Positions 1 to 13,566 of a stretch of DNA of 64,000 nt are shown one piece after another. The DNA is from Eledone cirrhosa (lineage: Eukaryota), in contig OZ024740.1 of assembly GCA_964016885.1 (NCBI GenBank), forward strand, positions 15,314,001 to 15,378,000. The letters are read 5' to 3'. A program made the translations under genes and the position numbers. The notes under the pieces are model-generated. The model was not told where the DNA came from. It saw nothing but the letters and a program-made list of their open reading frames with translations, and did not search any database. The first letter of the stretch is position 1. Each line of letters starts with the position of its first letter.

Positions 1-3000
1 AGTATGTGTGTGTATCAGTGTATCAGTGTATCAGTGTATCAGTGTATGTGTCAGTATGTGTGTGTGTATCAGTGTATGTGTCAGTATATGTGTGTGTATC
101 AGTGTATCAGTGTATGTGTCAGTCTGTGTGTGTGTGTGTGTGTATCAGTGAATCAGTGTATGTGTCAGTATGTGTGTATCAGTGTATCAGTGTATGTGTC
201 AGTATGTGTGTATCAGTGTATGTGTCAGTATGTGTATATCAGTGTATATGTGTGTGTTTCAGTGTACGTGTCAGTATGTGTGTATGTGTATCAGTGTATC
301 AGTGTATGTGTCAGTATGTGTGTGTATCAGTGTATCAGTGTATATGTCAGTATATGTGTGTGTATCAGTGTATATGTCAGTCTGTGTATGTGTGTATCAG
401 TGTATGTGTCAGTATGTGTGTATCAGTGTATCGGTGTATGTATCAGTATGTGTGTGTATCAGTGTATATGTCAGTCTGTGTGTGTGTGTATCAGTGTATC
501 TGTCAGTATGTGTGTGTATGAGTGTATTAGTGTATGTGTCAGTATATGTGTGTGTATCAGTGTATCAGTGTATGTGTCAGTATGTGTGTGTGTATCAGTG
601 TATGAGTGTATATGTCAGTATATGTGTGTGTATCAGTGTATATGTCAGTCTGTGTATGTGTGTATCAGTGTATGTGTCAGTTTGTGTGTATCAGTGTATC
701 GGTGTATGTATCAGTATGTGTGTGTATCAGTGTATCACTGTATATGTCAGTCTGTGTGTGTGTGTGTATCAGTGTATCAGTGTATGTGTCAGTATGTGTG
801 TGTATGAGTGTATTAGTGTATGTGTCAGTATATGTGTGTGTATCAGTGTATCAGTGTATGTGTCAGTGTATGTGTCAGTATGTGTGTGTATCAGTGTATC
901 AGTGTATATGTCAGTATATGTGTGTGTATCAGTGTATCAGTGAATATGTCAGTCTGTGTATCAGTGTATCAGTGTATGTGTCAGTATGTGTGTATCAGTG
1001 TATCGGTGTATGTATCAGTATGTGTGTGTATCAGTGTATCAGTGTATATGTCAGTCTGTGTGTGTGTATCAGTGTATCAGTGTATCTGTCAGTATACGTG
1101 TGTTTATGAGTGTATTAGTGTATGTGTCAGTATATGTGTGTGTATCAGTGTATGTCTCAGTATGTGTGTGTATCAATGTATGTGTCAGTATGTGTGTGTA
1201 TCAGTGTATCAGTGTATGTGTAAGCATGTGTGTGATTATCAATGTATCAGTGTATGTGTCAGGATGTGTGTATCAGTGTATCAGTGTATCTGTCAGTATG
1301 TGTGTGTATCAGTGTTTCAGTGTATGTGTCAGTATGTGTGTGTGTATTAGTGTATCAGTGTATGTGTTAGTATGTGTGTGTAACAGAGTATCAGTATATT
1401 GTTGTGTATCTGTTTATCAATGTATGTGTCAGTATGTGTGTGTATCCGTGTATCAGTGTATCAGTGTATAGGGCAGTATATATGTGTGTGTATCAGTGTA
1501 TCAGTGTATGTGTTAGTATGTGTGTGTAACAGTGTATCAGTGTATGTGTGTGTATCTGTTTATCAATGTATGTGTCAGTATGTGTGTGTATCCGTGTATC
1601 AGTGTATCAGTGTATAGAGCAGTATATATGTGTGTGTATCAGTGTATCAGTGTATCAGTGTATGTGTTAGTATGTATGTGTCTATCAGTGTATCGGTGTA
1701 TGTGTCAGTATTTGTGTGTGTATCAGTGTATCAATGTATGTGTCAGTATGTGTGTGTGTATCAGTGTATTAGTGTATATGCCAGTGTGTGTGTGTACCAG
1801 TGTATCACTGTATATGTCAGTATGTGTGTGTGTATCAGTGTATTATTGTATGTGTCATTATGTGTGTTTATCAGTGTATCAGTGTATGTGGCAGGATGTG
1901 TGTGTATCAATTTATCAGTGTATGTGTCAGTATGTGTGTATGTATCATTGTATCAGTGTATGTGTCAGTATGTGTGCGTGTATCAGTGTATCACGGTATG
2001 TTTCAGTATGTGTGTGTATCACTGTATAGGTGTATTTGTGTGTATCAGTGGATCAGTGTATGTGTCAGCATGTGTGTGTGTCAGTGTATCAGTGTATGTG
2101 TCAGTATGTGTGTGTATATCAGTGTATGTGTCAGTATGTGTGTGTGTCAGTGTATCAGTGTATGTGTCAGTATGTGTGTGTGTATCAGTGTATGTGTCAG
2201 TATGTGTGTGTATCAGTGTATCAGTGTATCAGTGTATATGTCAGTGTGTGTATCAGTGTATGTGTCAGCATGTGTGTGTATCAGTGTATCAGTGTATGTG
2301 TCAGTATGTGTGTGTGTCAGTGTATCAGTGCATGTGTCAGTATGTGTGTGTGTGTGTGTGTGTATCAGTGTATGTGTCAGTATGTGTGTGTATCAGTGTA
2401 TCAGTGTATCAGTGTATATGTCAGTGTGTGTATCAGTGTATCATTCTATGTGACAGTATGTGTGTGTAGCAATGTATCAGTGTATGTGTCACTATGTGTG
2501 TATATCTGTGTATAAGTGTATGTATCTGTATGTGTGTGTATCAGTATATCAGTGTATGTGGCAGCAAGTGTGTGTGTGTATCAGTGTATGTGTCAATATG
2601 TATGTGTATCAGTGTATGTGTCAGTATATGTGTGTGTATCAGTTATATGTCAGTAGGTGTGTGTGTATCAGTGTATGTGTCAGTATGTGTGTATATCAGT
2701 GTATCAGTGTATGTGTCAGTATATGTGTGTATCAGTGTATGTGTCAGTATGTGTGTGTATCAGTGTATGTGTCAGTATGTATGTATATCAGTGTATGTGT
2801 CAGTATGTGTGTGTATCAGTGTATGTGTCAGTATGTGTGTGTGTCAGTGTATCAGTGTATGTGTCAGTATGTGTGTGTGTATCAGTGTATGTGTCAGTAT
2901 GTGTGTGTCAGTGTATCAGTGTATGTGTCAGGATGTGTGTATCAGTGTATGTGTCAGTATGTGTGTGTGTATCAGTGTATGTGTCAATATGTGTGTGTGT

Positions 3001-4100
3001 ATCAGTATATGTGTCAGTATGTGTGTGTCAGTGTATCAGTGTATGTGTCAGTATGTGTGTGTGTATCAGTGTATGTGTCAGTATGTGTGTGTATCAGTGT
3101 ATCAGTGTATCAGTGTATATGTCAGTGTGTGTATCAGTGTATCATTCTATGTGACAGTATGTGTGTGTAGAAATGTATCAGTGTATGTGTCAGTATGTGT
3201 GTGTATCTGTGTATAAGTGTATGTATCTGTATGTGTGTGTATCAGTATATCAGTGTATGTGTCAGCAAGTGTGTGTGTGTATCAGTGTATGTGTTAGTAT
3301 GTATGTGTATCAGTGTATGTGTCAGTATGTGTGTGTGTATCAGTTATATGTCAGTAGGTGTGTGTGTGTAACAGTGTATCAGTGTATATGTCAGTATGTG
3401 TGTGTGTATCAGTGTATTGTCAGTATGTGTCTGTAACAGTGTATCAGGCTATGTATCAGTATGTGTGTGTGTGTATCAGTGTATCAGTGTATGTGTCAGT
3501 ATATTTGTGTATATCAGTATATCAGTGTATGTGTCAGTATGTGTCTGTATCAGTGTATGTGTCAGTATGTATGTGTATCAGTGTATGTGTCAATAAGTGT
3601 GTGTATCAGTGTATGTGTCTGTATCTGTGTGTATCAGTGTATGTGTCAGTATGTGTGTGTATCAGTGTATGTGTCAGTATGTGTGTGTATCAGTGTATGT
3701 GTCAGTATGTGTGTGTATCAGTGTATCAGTGTGTGTGTCATTATGTGTGTGTATAAGTATATCAGTGTGTGTCAGAAAGTGTGTGTATCAGTGTATCAGT
3801 GTATGTGTCACTATGCGTGTGTGTATCAGTGTATCAGTGTATGTGTCAGTATGTGTGCGAATCAGTGTATCAATGTATCTGTCAGTATGTGTGTGTGTAT
3901 CAGTGTATCACTGTATATGTCAGTAGGTGTGTGAATCAGTGTATCAGTATATGTGTGTGTGAATGTGTATGTCGGTATATGTATACACCTGTCAGTTTGT
4001 GTGTGTGTATATATATCAGTAAATGTGTACACCAGTCTGTGTGTGTTTATCAGTGTATGTGTGTGTGTATATGTGTATTTCAGTATATGCTTACACCTGT
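1..4100. repeat. Degenerate satellite built from TATCAGTG / TATGTGTCAG / (TG)n modules
   Basis: Continuous imperfect tandem array. All overlapping C/V/Y/Q/S/M-rich ORFs here are translations of the repeat. Confidence 0.95.
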
Positions 4101-4177
4101 CTGTGTGTTTGTATGTGTATATCAGTTTATATCTGTATGTATACACCTGTCTGTATATATCAGTATTTATACACCTG

Positions 4178-4224
<47 letters not shown>

Positions 4225-4258
4225 TATACCAGTATATGTACACCTGTCTGTATATATA

Positions 4259-4295
<37 letters not shown>

Positions 4296-5177
4296 AAGTT
4301 TGTCCTCATCAGTGGCCATCCAACCGTCGTAGGCATTTCGTCGCATTAAAGGCCATATACTTCAGGTTGGTGCGAGCAACGGCTAAAAAAAATTCGTTGG
4401 GACACGTAAATAAAGGGGACGCTAGGTTAAACAAGCAAAATGGTTTAAGCGGTATATGGCCTTTAATGCGACGAAATGCCTACGACGGTTGGATGTCCAC
4501 TGATGAGTACAAACTTTTTCATATGTAACCCATTTGCAGCGCCGCAGCTCCATTATTATCATATTTACACATATATTTTTTCCTCCGCTGCCACCAGTCT
4601 GTTTCGTTCTTTGTGTCTTTACCCTTTCTAGCAGTCTCTCTCTCTGTTAGCCTCTTCCTCACCTTTCACTCACTCACTCTCTGCCACTACCTCTCCCCCT
4701 CCCCTTTCTTCCCGTTTGATCTCCGTAATCCTTTTCTCGCGGGCACTTGCCAAGCCGGTATGAATTTTTTTTCTCTCTCTCTCTCGTCTGCGATTTCACA
4801 GAACTTATGTTTACCGAATTCGCAGACCAGACCTCTTCTTCCTCCCGTTAGACCTGTGCGAAATTCCTTCCTTGCTCACATTTCAACCAGGTTTGATGGT
4901 CTTTATTCTCTCGTTCACGATTCCACCGAATTTATATTCATAGAAATCTGGGACTTGTTTCCTTCTTCATCACCTTCTGCTGCTTAAACCATTTTGTTTG
5001 TTTACCCTAGCGTCCCCTTTATTTACGTGTCCCAACGACTTTTTTTTAGCCGTTGCTCGCACCAACCTGAGGTATATGGCCTTTAATGCGACGAAATGCC
5101 TACGACGGTTGGATGGCCACTGATGAGGATAAACTTTTTCATATGTAACCCATTTGCAGCACCGCAGCTCCATTATT

Positions 5178-5214
<37 letters not shown>

Positions 5215-5240
5215 TATATATACCCGTATATGTACACCTG

Positions 5241-5279
<39 letters not shown>

Positions 5280-5289
5280 CCCGTATATG

Positions 5290-5337
<48 letters not shown>

Positions 5338-5353
5338 CCCGTATGTGTACACC

Positions 5354-5426
<73 letters not shown>

Positions 5427-5492
5427 CCCGTATATGTACACCTGTCTGTGTATATATATATATATATATATACCCGTATATGTACACCTGTC
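4100..5492. repeat. TATACCCGTATATGTACACCTGTCTG-(TA)n compound minisatellite, interrupted by the 4288-5184 insertion
   Basis: The GTACACCTGTCT module recurs on both sides of the insertion, separated by (TA)n tracts. Confidence 0.75.
4288..5184 (+). mobile_element. Non-coding PLE-type element (family A): inverted 5' copy plus 620-bp unit with ~114-bp terminal direct repeat
   Basis: 4288-4450 is the reverse complement of 4982-5144. 4451-4564 repeats at 5071-5184 (period 620). Both ends abut (TA)n. Related copies at ~13640-13860 and ~15862-15995. Confidence 0.65.
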
Positions 5493-5816
5493 TTATTGCT
5501 GAGCTTCTGGCACTCCGTATGACATTGTGAGAAGCAATGGAATATATTACCAGTAACTACATCACGGCATACATTTTATCGACTGCAACTTCCAATATTT
5601 TATCGTCTGCAAATATGAAAATATGAAAATGTTATCCCTCTCTAAGATTGTGTAATTTATTGTTTGTAATAATACGGCATATTTTAGCCATTTTAAGATT
5701 TTATTTGGCGGGGTGGGGTGGGGTGGGGGTTCGCTTTTTTACTTTTTTTGTAGAAAACGTAATATATTCTGTCTATGACATAGGTATAATATATCAATTG
5801 TAAAAATTGTAAATTG

Positions 5817-6114
<298 letters not shown>

Positions 6115-6127
6115 TTTTAATATAGAT

Positions 6128-6180
6128 GAGATTCTACAGGATTAGAACTGTTTCATTCTTTAGAAATCATCAGGAATCTC
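6128..6180 (-). ncRNA. Minimal type I hammerhead ribozyme
   Basis: Minus strand reads GAGAUUC-CUGAUGA-U-UUC-UAAA-GAA-U-GAAAC-AG-UUCUAAUC-CU-GUA-GAAUCUC. This gives a 7-bp stem I, an intact core, stem III ACAG/CUGU and a GUA cleavage triplet. It lies between two (TA)n tracts. Confidence 0.85.
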
Positions 6181-7399
6181 TCATATATATATATATATAT
6201 ACGTTGTTTGTTGTTTGTTGGTAGGTGTTTCCTAGATGTTGCAATATATTTTATCACCTGTAACATTATATATTATCACTGTATCTTCTATGAAATGGTA
6301 TTTTATCAACTGAGAAATTTTTAATATTTTCTTAACTGCAAATTTACAATATTTTATCGACTACGGTGTAAAATGTAAAAGATCGTTATATTCTGAAAAA
6401 TCGAATTTATATTTTTATATTTATTTCATCTCCTGGAAAATGAACAAAATATTTCGATCAAAAAATAAAATAAATTTTTTTTTCTTTTTGCACTGCTTGA
6501 AGTTTCTTTCTTTCTTTCTTTCTTTTTTGCTATTATTTATGTTTTTATGATTTTCTTACTCTTGTAGTAGGAGATGCAATGAAAAATAAGAGAGAATTTG
6601 AAGCTATTTTACATATTAATCTCCAAGAAACTCATCCATTGGAATATCCAAACGAAACAGTGAAATTTTATGTATTTATTTATTTATCTATCTATTTATT
6701 TTCTTTGGTTGTTTTCCAGAATGGCCTAGTTGTACAGTACCTGAGTAATAACTCATTCTGCCTTGAAATGATCGCCATTTGGCCATGATCGAACAGACAA
6801 ACAGACAGACACTGCGCCAATCCATTTGTAAACGTGTAAACAGGGAAGAAGCAACAAAATCGATATAGAGTCGGAATTGGGTCAATGTTCGTTTAGTTGC
6901 ATCAGTGAGTTCTTTTTATAATAGAGTTTTTTGTTATTATCATCGTGATGCTTGTCTTGGCAGTGACGTCGAAGAAGGTTTCAAATGCATAAGAAAAGCA
7001 GCTAACATCTTATGGATGCACGTTAACGCTTTCTTTAATATATTTACCGGAAGAGGATTTATTCTGCAGGCCACTCACTCTATGGGATTGTGGGATTGGG
7101 GTCACTCTCTGGGATTATAGTCCTATCAAGCTTCGTTCTCGTAAGACAAGTTTTTTATCCATCACCCAATGTTATATATTGATTTCTGGGTAACAAGGTA
7201 TTGATCCAGGCAGGAACAAATATGATTGTGTGGTATTCATTAGTGAAGGAAAAACAATAGATTGTAAGAGATGATGAAATGTCTAACTTGTAATATTCGA
7301 TTAAATATCTTCTGAGTTCGATTCCAGTTAACTTTACTTCCTCCGGGATAATATTTGGAGTAAAATCTCTTTGAATTACAAGAGTGGGTGATACTGTAA

Positions 7400-7540
7400 T
7401 TAGTACAAGGCCAGGAGAGGGGAAAGTCGATTAAATCGGCCCCAGTCTGTTATCGACCCCGTAAGAATGAAAGGCAGAGCTAACCTCGGCGGGATTTGTA
7501 CTCTGACCGTAATGGGCCGTAACTCTATGGTGCGAAGCAA
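7400..7540 (-). mobile_element. tRNA-derived SINE (MetaSINE-like core), partial
   Basis: TTATCGACCCCGTAAGAATGAAAGGC is the reverse complement of the GCCTTTCATCCTT..GGGGTCGATAA core. Several copies occur in the window. Confidence 0.7.
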
Positions 7541-7649
7541 CCCCCCCCCCCCCCCCCCCATTTTACATATCAAAGTTAGTTTGGTGCTAGTAATTGGAAT
7601 TGAAAAGTTATACATACAGGTATTATTTTTAAAAAATTAACCATCTTAA

Positions 7650-7845
7650 AACTAAATAACCCAACTGAGGGCACAGATGAATTATTGCGGCCGTCACTGG
7701 TTGGGCCCTCCACTGCAACCCTGACCATAGCTGAATAGTGGAGTTTCCGTCCTTCATCCAAATCTGTGGTGTCAGAACCACGTAACTTTGTCGATGAAAC
7801 CCCGACTATATTTAGCCAGTAGCATCTGGCCTTCTCCATTATTAC
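7650..7845 (-). pseudogene. Degenerate fragment of RTE-clade LINE apurinic endonuclease N-terminus
   Basis: The translation YWLNIVGVSSTKLRGSDTTDLDEGRKLHYS resembles the RTE APE motif Y.LDIVG.SST...GSG...L..GW.L.YSG. Confidence 0.55.
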
Positions 7846-7944
7846 TTCTTACCTGTAAGAGTTGTTCTGTAGAAACGGGTTGCATGTGGCCTATAGCGAA
7901 TCAGTCACCAAATGAGATGGTTAACTGTGATATAGCGTAGTAAA

Positions 7945-8211
7945 TAATTGTTTCTACTTTTGGCACAAGGCCAGCAATTACTCAGTACATTACTGGTACT
8001 TTATTTTATCGACCCCATAAGGATGAAAGGCAAAGTTAACCTCGGCGCGATTTGAACTCAAACCATAAAAGGACATAACTCTATGCTGCAAAGCATCGTG
8101 TCCAACGTACTATCGATACTGCCAATCGACCACCTTCGTAGTAAATATTGTTTCTACTTTTGGCACAAGGCCAGCAATTATCTCAGTGTATTACTGGTAC
8201 TTTATTTTATC
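7945..8211 (-). mobile_element. MetaSINE-like SINE plus adjacent partial second copy
   Basis: TTGTTTCTACTTTTGGCACAAGGCCAGCAATT...ACTGGTACTTTATTTTATCGACCCC..AGGATGAAAGGC...ATTTGAACTC (reverse-complemented B box). The start of the block is repeated at 8145-8211. Confidence 0.8.
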
Positions 8212-8324
8212 TACTCCGTTATCGTGTCTGGTGTTCAGGATCGTTCATCATTTCATTGAACAACTGGACTAAAGTTTTGTCGCCCTATCTTTACCAGGAG
8301 ATTTCCTCTTATCAGCCTAACCTT

Positions 8325-9688
8325 TGTTAGTACCATACTATACTATTGTTTATACCATACTATACTATTGTTTATACCATACTATACTAATGTTAGTACC
8401 ATACTATACTATTGTTAGTACCATACTATACTATTGTTAGTACCATACTATACTATCGTCAATACCATACTATACTATTGTCACTACCATACTATACTAT
8501 TGCCACTACTATACTATACTATTGTTAGTACCATACTATACTATTGTTAGTACCATACTATACTATTGTTAGTACAATACTATACTATCGTTAGTACCAT
8601 ACTATACTATCGTTAGTACCATACTATACTATACTATTGCCACTACCATACTATACTATTGTTAGTACCATACTATACTACCGTTAGTACCATACTATAC
8701 TATTGTCACTACCATACTATACTATCGTTAGTACCATACTATACTATTGTTAGTACCATACTATACTATTGTTAGTACCATACTATACTATTGTCACTAC
8801 CATACAATACTATCGTCACTACCATACTATACCATTGTTAGTACCATACTATACTATTGTCACTACCATACTATACTATTGCCTCTACCATACTATACTA
8901 TTGTTAGTACCATACTATACTATTGTCACTAACAATAGTATAGTATGGTACTAACTATACCAATAGTATAGTATGGTACTATTGTTATTACCATACTATA
9001 CTATTGTTAGTACCATACTATACTATTGTTAGTACCATAGTATACTATTGTTAGTACCATACTATACTATCGTTAGTACCATACTATACTATTGTCACTA
9101 CCATACTATACTATTGCCACTACCATACTATACTATTGTTAGTACCATACTATACTATTGTTAGTACCATACTATACTATTGTTAGTACCATAGTATACT
9201 ATTGTTAGTACCATACTATACTATCGTTAGTACCATACTATACTATTGTCACTACCATACTATACTATTGCCACTACCATACTATACTATTGTTATTACC
9301 ATACTATACTATTGTTAGTACCATACTATACTATTGTTAGTACCATAGTATACTATTGTTAGTACCATACTATACTATCGTTAGTACCATACTATACTAT
9401 TGTCACTACCATACTATACTATTGCCACTACCATACTATACTATTGTTAGTACCATACTATACTATTGTTAGTCCCATACTATACTATTGCCACTACCAT
9501 ACTATACTACTATTAGTACCATACTATTGTTAGTGCCATACTATACTATTGCCACTACCATACTATACTATTGTTAGTACCATACCATACTATACTATTG
9601 TTAGTACCATACTATACTATTGTTAGTACCATACTATACTATTGTTAGTACCATACTATACTATTGTTAGTACCATACTATACTATTG
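8325..9688. repeat. 22-bp minisatellite (TGTTAGTACCATACTATACTAT)n
   Basis: Roughly 60 tandem copies, with a short inverted patch at ~8927-8981. Confidence 0.95.
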
Positions 9689-9824
9689 AGATGTTTTCTC
9701 AGTTCTGTTTTATAAAAAATATTTGTAGGATTCTTCTGTGAGTCTAATCCAGGACACCTCCATTGGATGTCTTCTCAGCATTGGAAGCCTTGCACCCAAG
9801 AATATTCAATTTCATCCTTGAAAG

Positions 9825-10092
9825 TGTGTGTAGATAGAGAGGGGGAGAGGTAGGGGGTAAGTAGTAGAGGGGGTGAGACAGAGAGAGCGAGAGGGGGGTT
9901 GAGAGAGAGAGGGGGTTGAGAGAGAGAGGGGGTTGAAAGAGAGAGAGGGAGAGAGGGGGGAGTAGTGGATAGAGAGAGAGGGGGAAAGGGGGGAGAGAGT
10001 AGTGGATAGAGAGAAGGAGAGAGAGAGGGGGCGAAAGAGAGAGGGCGAGAGAAAGAGAGAGAGGGAGAGAGAGGCTGGGAGAGAGAAGGAAA

Positions 10093-10125
<33 letters not shown>

Positions 10126-10142
10126 GGGGGAGAGAGAGAAGA
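9825..10142. repeat. GA-rich low-complexity tract
   Basis: Direct inspection. Confidence 0.9.
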
Positions 10143-11068
10143 GTATTAATATGGTCTCATTGTTTACTTCTATGAAAAGTAAACAAGTATTTGTTGTTTG
10201 TGTGATTGTGTAATATTAGTTGGGAAATGAAACAATATGTTGAGTATTTCCCATTTTAAGGAGGATTACACTCGCTCTTAATGTATCGTCTGCTGAAATA
10301 ACCAACACAGTTTTAACAAAATGGCGCTCGGAGTAGTAGTATGAGGGGTATATTATAATGAGAGTAGCCACCTTCCTCTTTTCTGAGAAGTGTGACGTCA
10401 ATAAAATTACACTGAACGAGAAAGGAAGATAGACAACAGAAATACGAACAGGAACATCACTAAATATAAAAATAACAAATGACAAGTATAAGCCAATAAG
10501 AGAAGCTCTAGGTAGTCAGTCGACCTACTAGATATAGCAGTCAGATGTCAGGTAAAACCTGAGAAAATACGAACACAGAATAATGCTGGAGTACAAAACG
10601 AAAAACACGCGTATAAAACCTAAATAAAAGAAAGAAAGAAAGAAAGAAAGAAAGAAACAAACAAACAAACACACACACACGCACAAATACATACACTCAC
10701 ACACACATACACATACACAAAAATACATAAATTCGCACACATACACACATGTAGACTGACCATAAATACACTCAGTATAAGTACCACCTACATATACACT
10801 TGTCACTATGAATATGACAACACACAACACATATCCATAAATACATATAAATTTCAGAATAAAAAGGAAGTTAAAGTAGTTGAAAGGAAATCATTGAAAA
10901 GGCCACAATAGCGTGTTAAAAGACTTCAACAATGCAATCACTTAATTAAGTAATCATTTAAATATTTGATAACAATAAAACAAGGGAATCACACAAAGGC
11001 ATATATATACGTATATATATATAAGTATATATATATGTATATATAAGTGTATATATACACACACACAG

Positions 11069-11117
<49 letters not shown>

Positions 11118-11349
11118 AAATTTAGTACAGCATCAACGAAGCCATGGTTGCAGCCAAGCTAACGAATGCAGTTTCGGTGTGCAGCTAAGCACTCGAATAG
11201 GGTATATAACCCTAGAGTTATAACATTACGTTTAGACAGCTTTACAAAATGAAGACAGCGACCGATAGACGGGCCGCAGTGACCATAGCGACGATAAAAA
11301 CTGAACTCAGGAAAAATTTGACTAACCTGTATATATATATATATATATA

Positions 11350-11874
11350 TATACAAACATAAATTATCGAGATTCGCATTTAGGCCCACGAAATAACGGA
11401 AAACAACCTCCGAGATGTGCGGCAAGTGCTCAATGATTCAGATGAACCAGAGCTATAACAAACGTTAAAGGCCAAACACACTGAGACGATGGTTAAACAA
11501 TCATTCGTATAGCCAAAAAAACGATCAAGTAATTCGGGTATTGAAAATTTACCCGGACTCCTGGAAGGTTCGTAAAATCCAGTATATGGGTTTCTGCGGC
11601 TCCTAAATCAAGTACCGTCCGCCTACATAAATAATGTCAGGCTTCTGGTAAGATGATTGAACAAGGAAGCCACTTTCTCAACAGGTTTTAGTTCAATGTA
11701 ATACAAGGACTGACTATTGCTGACCCCACGTGGGGATCGGCAAGGGAGGCAACCCCTATATCAGGCGAATTAATTCAGTTGTGTATATTTTTGCAAGAAT
11801 GCAAAAACATCACAAATCGAATAGAGTTCTTAACAGAGGGGTTAAAATTAACATAAGCTATTCATCAGTCAATA

Positions 11875-11878
<4 letters not shown>
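11350..11878 (+). pseudogene. Possible highly decayed PLE coding fragment between (TA)n tracts
   Basis: The translation HKSNRVLNRGVKINISYSSVN near the 3' end resembles the PLE RT-EN linker motif HK..KIFNRN.VKISYS.M.N. The rest is not interpretable. Confidence 0.3.
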
Positions 11879-11926
<48 letters not shown>

Positions 11927-12076
11927 ATACTTTGAGAGGGTCATGTTGCCAATAAGAAACACACGCACCAGTTGCTTTCACTTCAATTTATTATATATTT
12001 ATAAATTTATAAATTTACAAATCTACAAACTTATAAATTTCTGGTTGGCTGGTTGGTTCCACAACCAGATAGTTGC

Positions 12077-13093
12077 ATTAGAGTTACTATAGACTACCCA
12101 AGTAGACACCCCAACCATCGATTACCTGTACTAGACACAGAGCTCTGGTTAGATACCATTAACAACCAAAAACAAATCCTCCATTCCCATTATGCCAAAC
12201 CCATGACTTCCAAAAATCTGATCCACCGAAACTCGGCCATTTCGGACCATACCAAAATCAACATACTGATTGCGGATTTGGTACGGGTGATGAGAAATGT
12301 GTCCCGCATGTGCAACCCCGAAGAACTAGAGAGACACATACAACACTTCATCCACCGTATGCAGTTCTCTGGCTACAATCAGAGAGATAGAATCAGAGTG
12401 TGTAGAGGAGCCAGAACCAAATGGGAAAAAATGGTAAATAATGACATAAATGGGACCTGCCCCTTGTATAGGAGCAAATTTTGGAATAGAATAGAAAGAA
12501 CTAGGAACAAGGCCAATAGAATAAACTCATGGTATGATAGCAATAAATACCAGAGTGTAATGTTCATCAATACAACCCCTAGAGGCGAACTAGCCTACAA
12601 ATTTAGAAGGGCTCTAAATAAACATAAACTCAATATTAAGATAGTAGAAAGACCAGGTACCTCCGTAAAAACACTTATTAGCAAGACATACCCGTTCCAA
12701 AGACCCTCATGTATAGATAAGAAATGTATAATCTGTAAAATAAGACCCCATATTAACTGTAAAACTAGAAATGTAGTGTATAGCATAAGATGTACTGAAG
12801 GACAATGTAGAAACAAAAATATAGTGTACATAGGTGAGACAGCTCGTAGTATAGGGGAACGAATAAATGAACACTGGCGAGACCTTCAAGATAATAAAGA
12901 ATCATCTGTGCTCTACCAACATGCTAAGATAGAGCACAGGGGTAGATTAGAGAACATAGAAATAAAAATAGAATCCACACACAGAAAAGATGCAATGTTT
13001 AGGCAAATTACAGAGGCAGTAAGCATAAAAGAATTACAACCAAAATTAAATAGAAAATATGAGTGGAACAGCAACATCACAACTTACAATTAA
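12077..13093 (+). CDS. PLE polyprotein C-terminal part: end of RT (LPVLD..LW), Cys-rich linker, GIY-YIG endonuclease
   Basis: Motifs LPVLDTELW, YAKPM, CIDKKCIIC..C, NVVYSIRC...VYIGETARSIGERINEH, RQITEAVSI...PKLN. The ORF is open to the stop at 13093. The ORF-track start at 12053 lies in the inverted repeat and is not a true start. Confidence 0.9.
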   Translation: MRVTIDYPSRHPNHRLPVLDTELWLDTINNQKQILHSHYAKPMTSKNLIHRNSAISDHTKINILIADLVRVMRNVSRMCNPEELERHIQHFIHRMQFSGYNQRDRIRVCRGARTKWEKMVNNDINGTCPLYRSKFWNRIERTRNKANRINSWYDSNKYQSVMFINTTPRGELAYKFRRALNKHKLNIKIVERPGTSVKTLISKTYPFQRPSCIDKKCIICKIRPHINCKTRNVVYSIRCTEGQCRNKNIVYIGETARSIGERINEHWRDLQDNKESSVLYQHAKIEHRGRLENIEIKIESTHRKDAMFRQITEAVSIKELQPKLNRKYEWNSNITTYN

Positions 13094-13302
13094 GGACAAA
13101 ATGAAAACACACACACACATAGAACAAACAACCAACCAACAATAAATAAATAAATAAATAAACAAATAGATAAATGAACACAAACACACACAGACACCCG
13201 GATGTGGCGCATGCGCAAACTGAGCACACAACACACACACAGAAACAAAATGGCGTAGGATAGAAGAAAGGAAAGGCACAGAAACAAAGAAAAGGAATCC
13301 CC

Positions 13303-13347
13303 AGTCACTGAAGAGGTCACAGAGAGTGTGACGAAAGGACTATGACT
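13303..13347 (+). ncRNA. Type I hammerhead ribozyme in PLE pLTR
   Basis: AGUCA-CUGAAGA-G-GUCAC-AGAGAGU-GUGAC-GAAA-GGAC-UA-UGACU. Stems I and II pair perfectly, stem III is minimal. Confidence 0.85.
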
Positions 13348-13566
13348 ATATATAAACAACTATCTGGTTGTGGAACCAACCAACCAACCAGAAATTTATA
13401 AGTTTGTAGATTTGTAAATTTATAAATTTATAAATATATAATAAATTGAAGTGAAAGCAACTGGTGCGTGTGTTTCTTATTGGCAACATGACCCTCCCAA
13501 AGTATAACAATATCGGTTTCAACACACGATATCAGATAAAGAATCTTGCTAAACAAATTCAGAAAC

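Noticed and set aside
4-4349. Many long Cys/Val-rich ORFs
   Set aside because: Open in multiple frames of a simple satellite, with no domain content.
4470-4525. Canonical type II hammerhead reading (GAAA...CUGAUGAG)
   Set aside because: No UH cleavage triplet or stem II pairing. Kept only as a variant candidate.
6720-6904. Exon-like segment (TTTTCCAG ... GTGAGT)
   Set aside because: Stops in all three frames. A non-coding exon cannot be supported without transcripts.
11815-11875. Minus-strand CUGAUGA
   Set aside because: No GAAA or stem III in a suitable position. The CUGAAGA at ~43022 and the minus-strand CUGAUGA at ~30205 were rejected likewise, as no stems form around a core.
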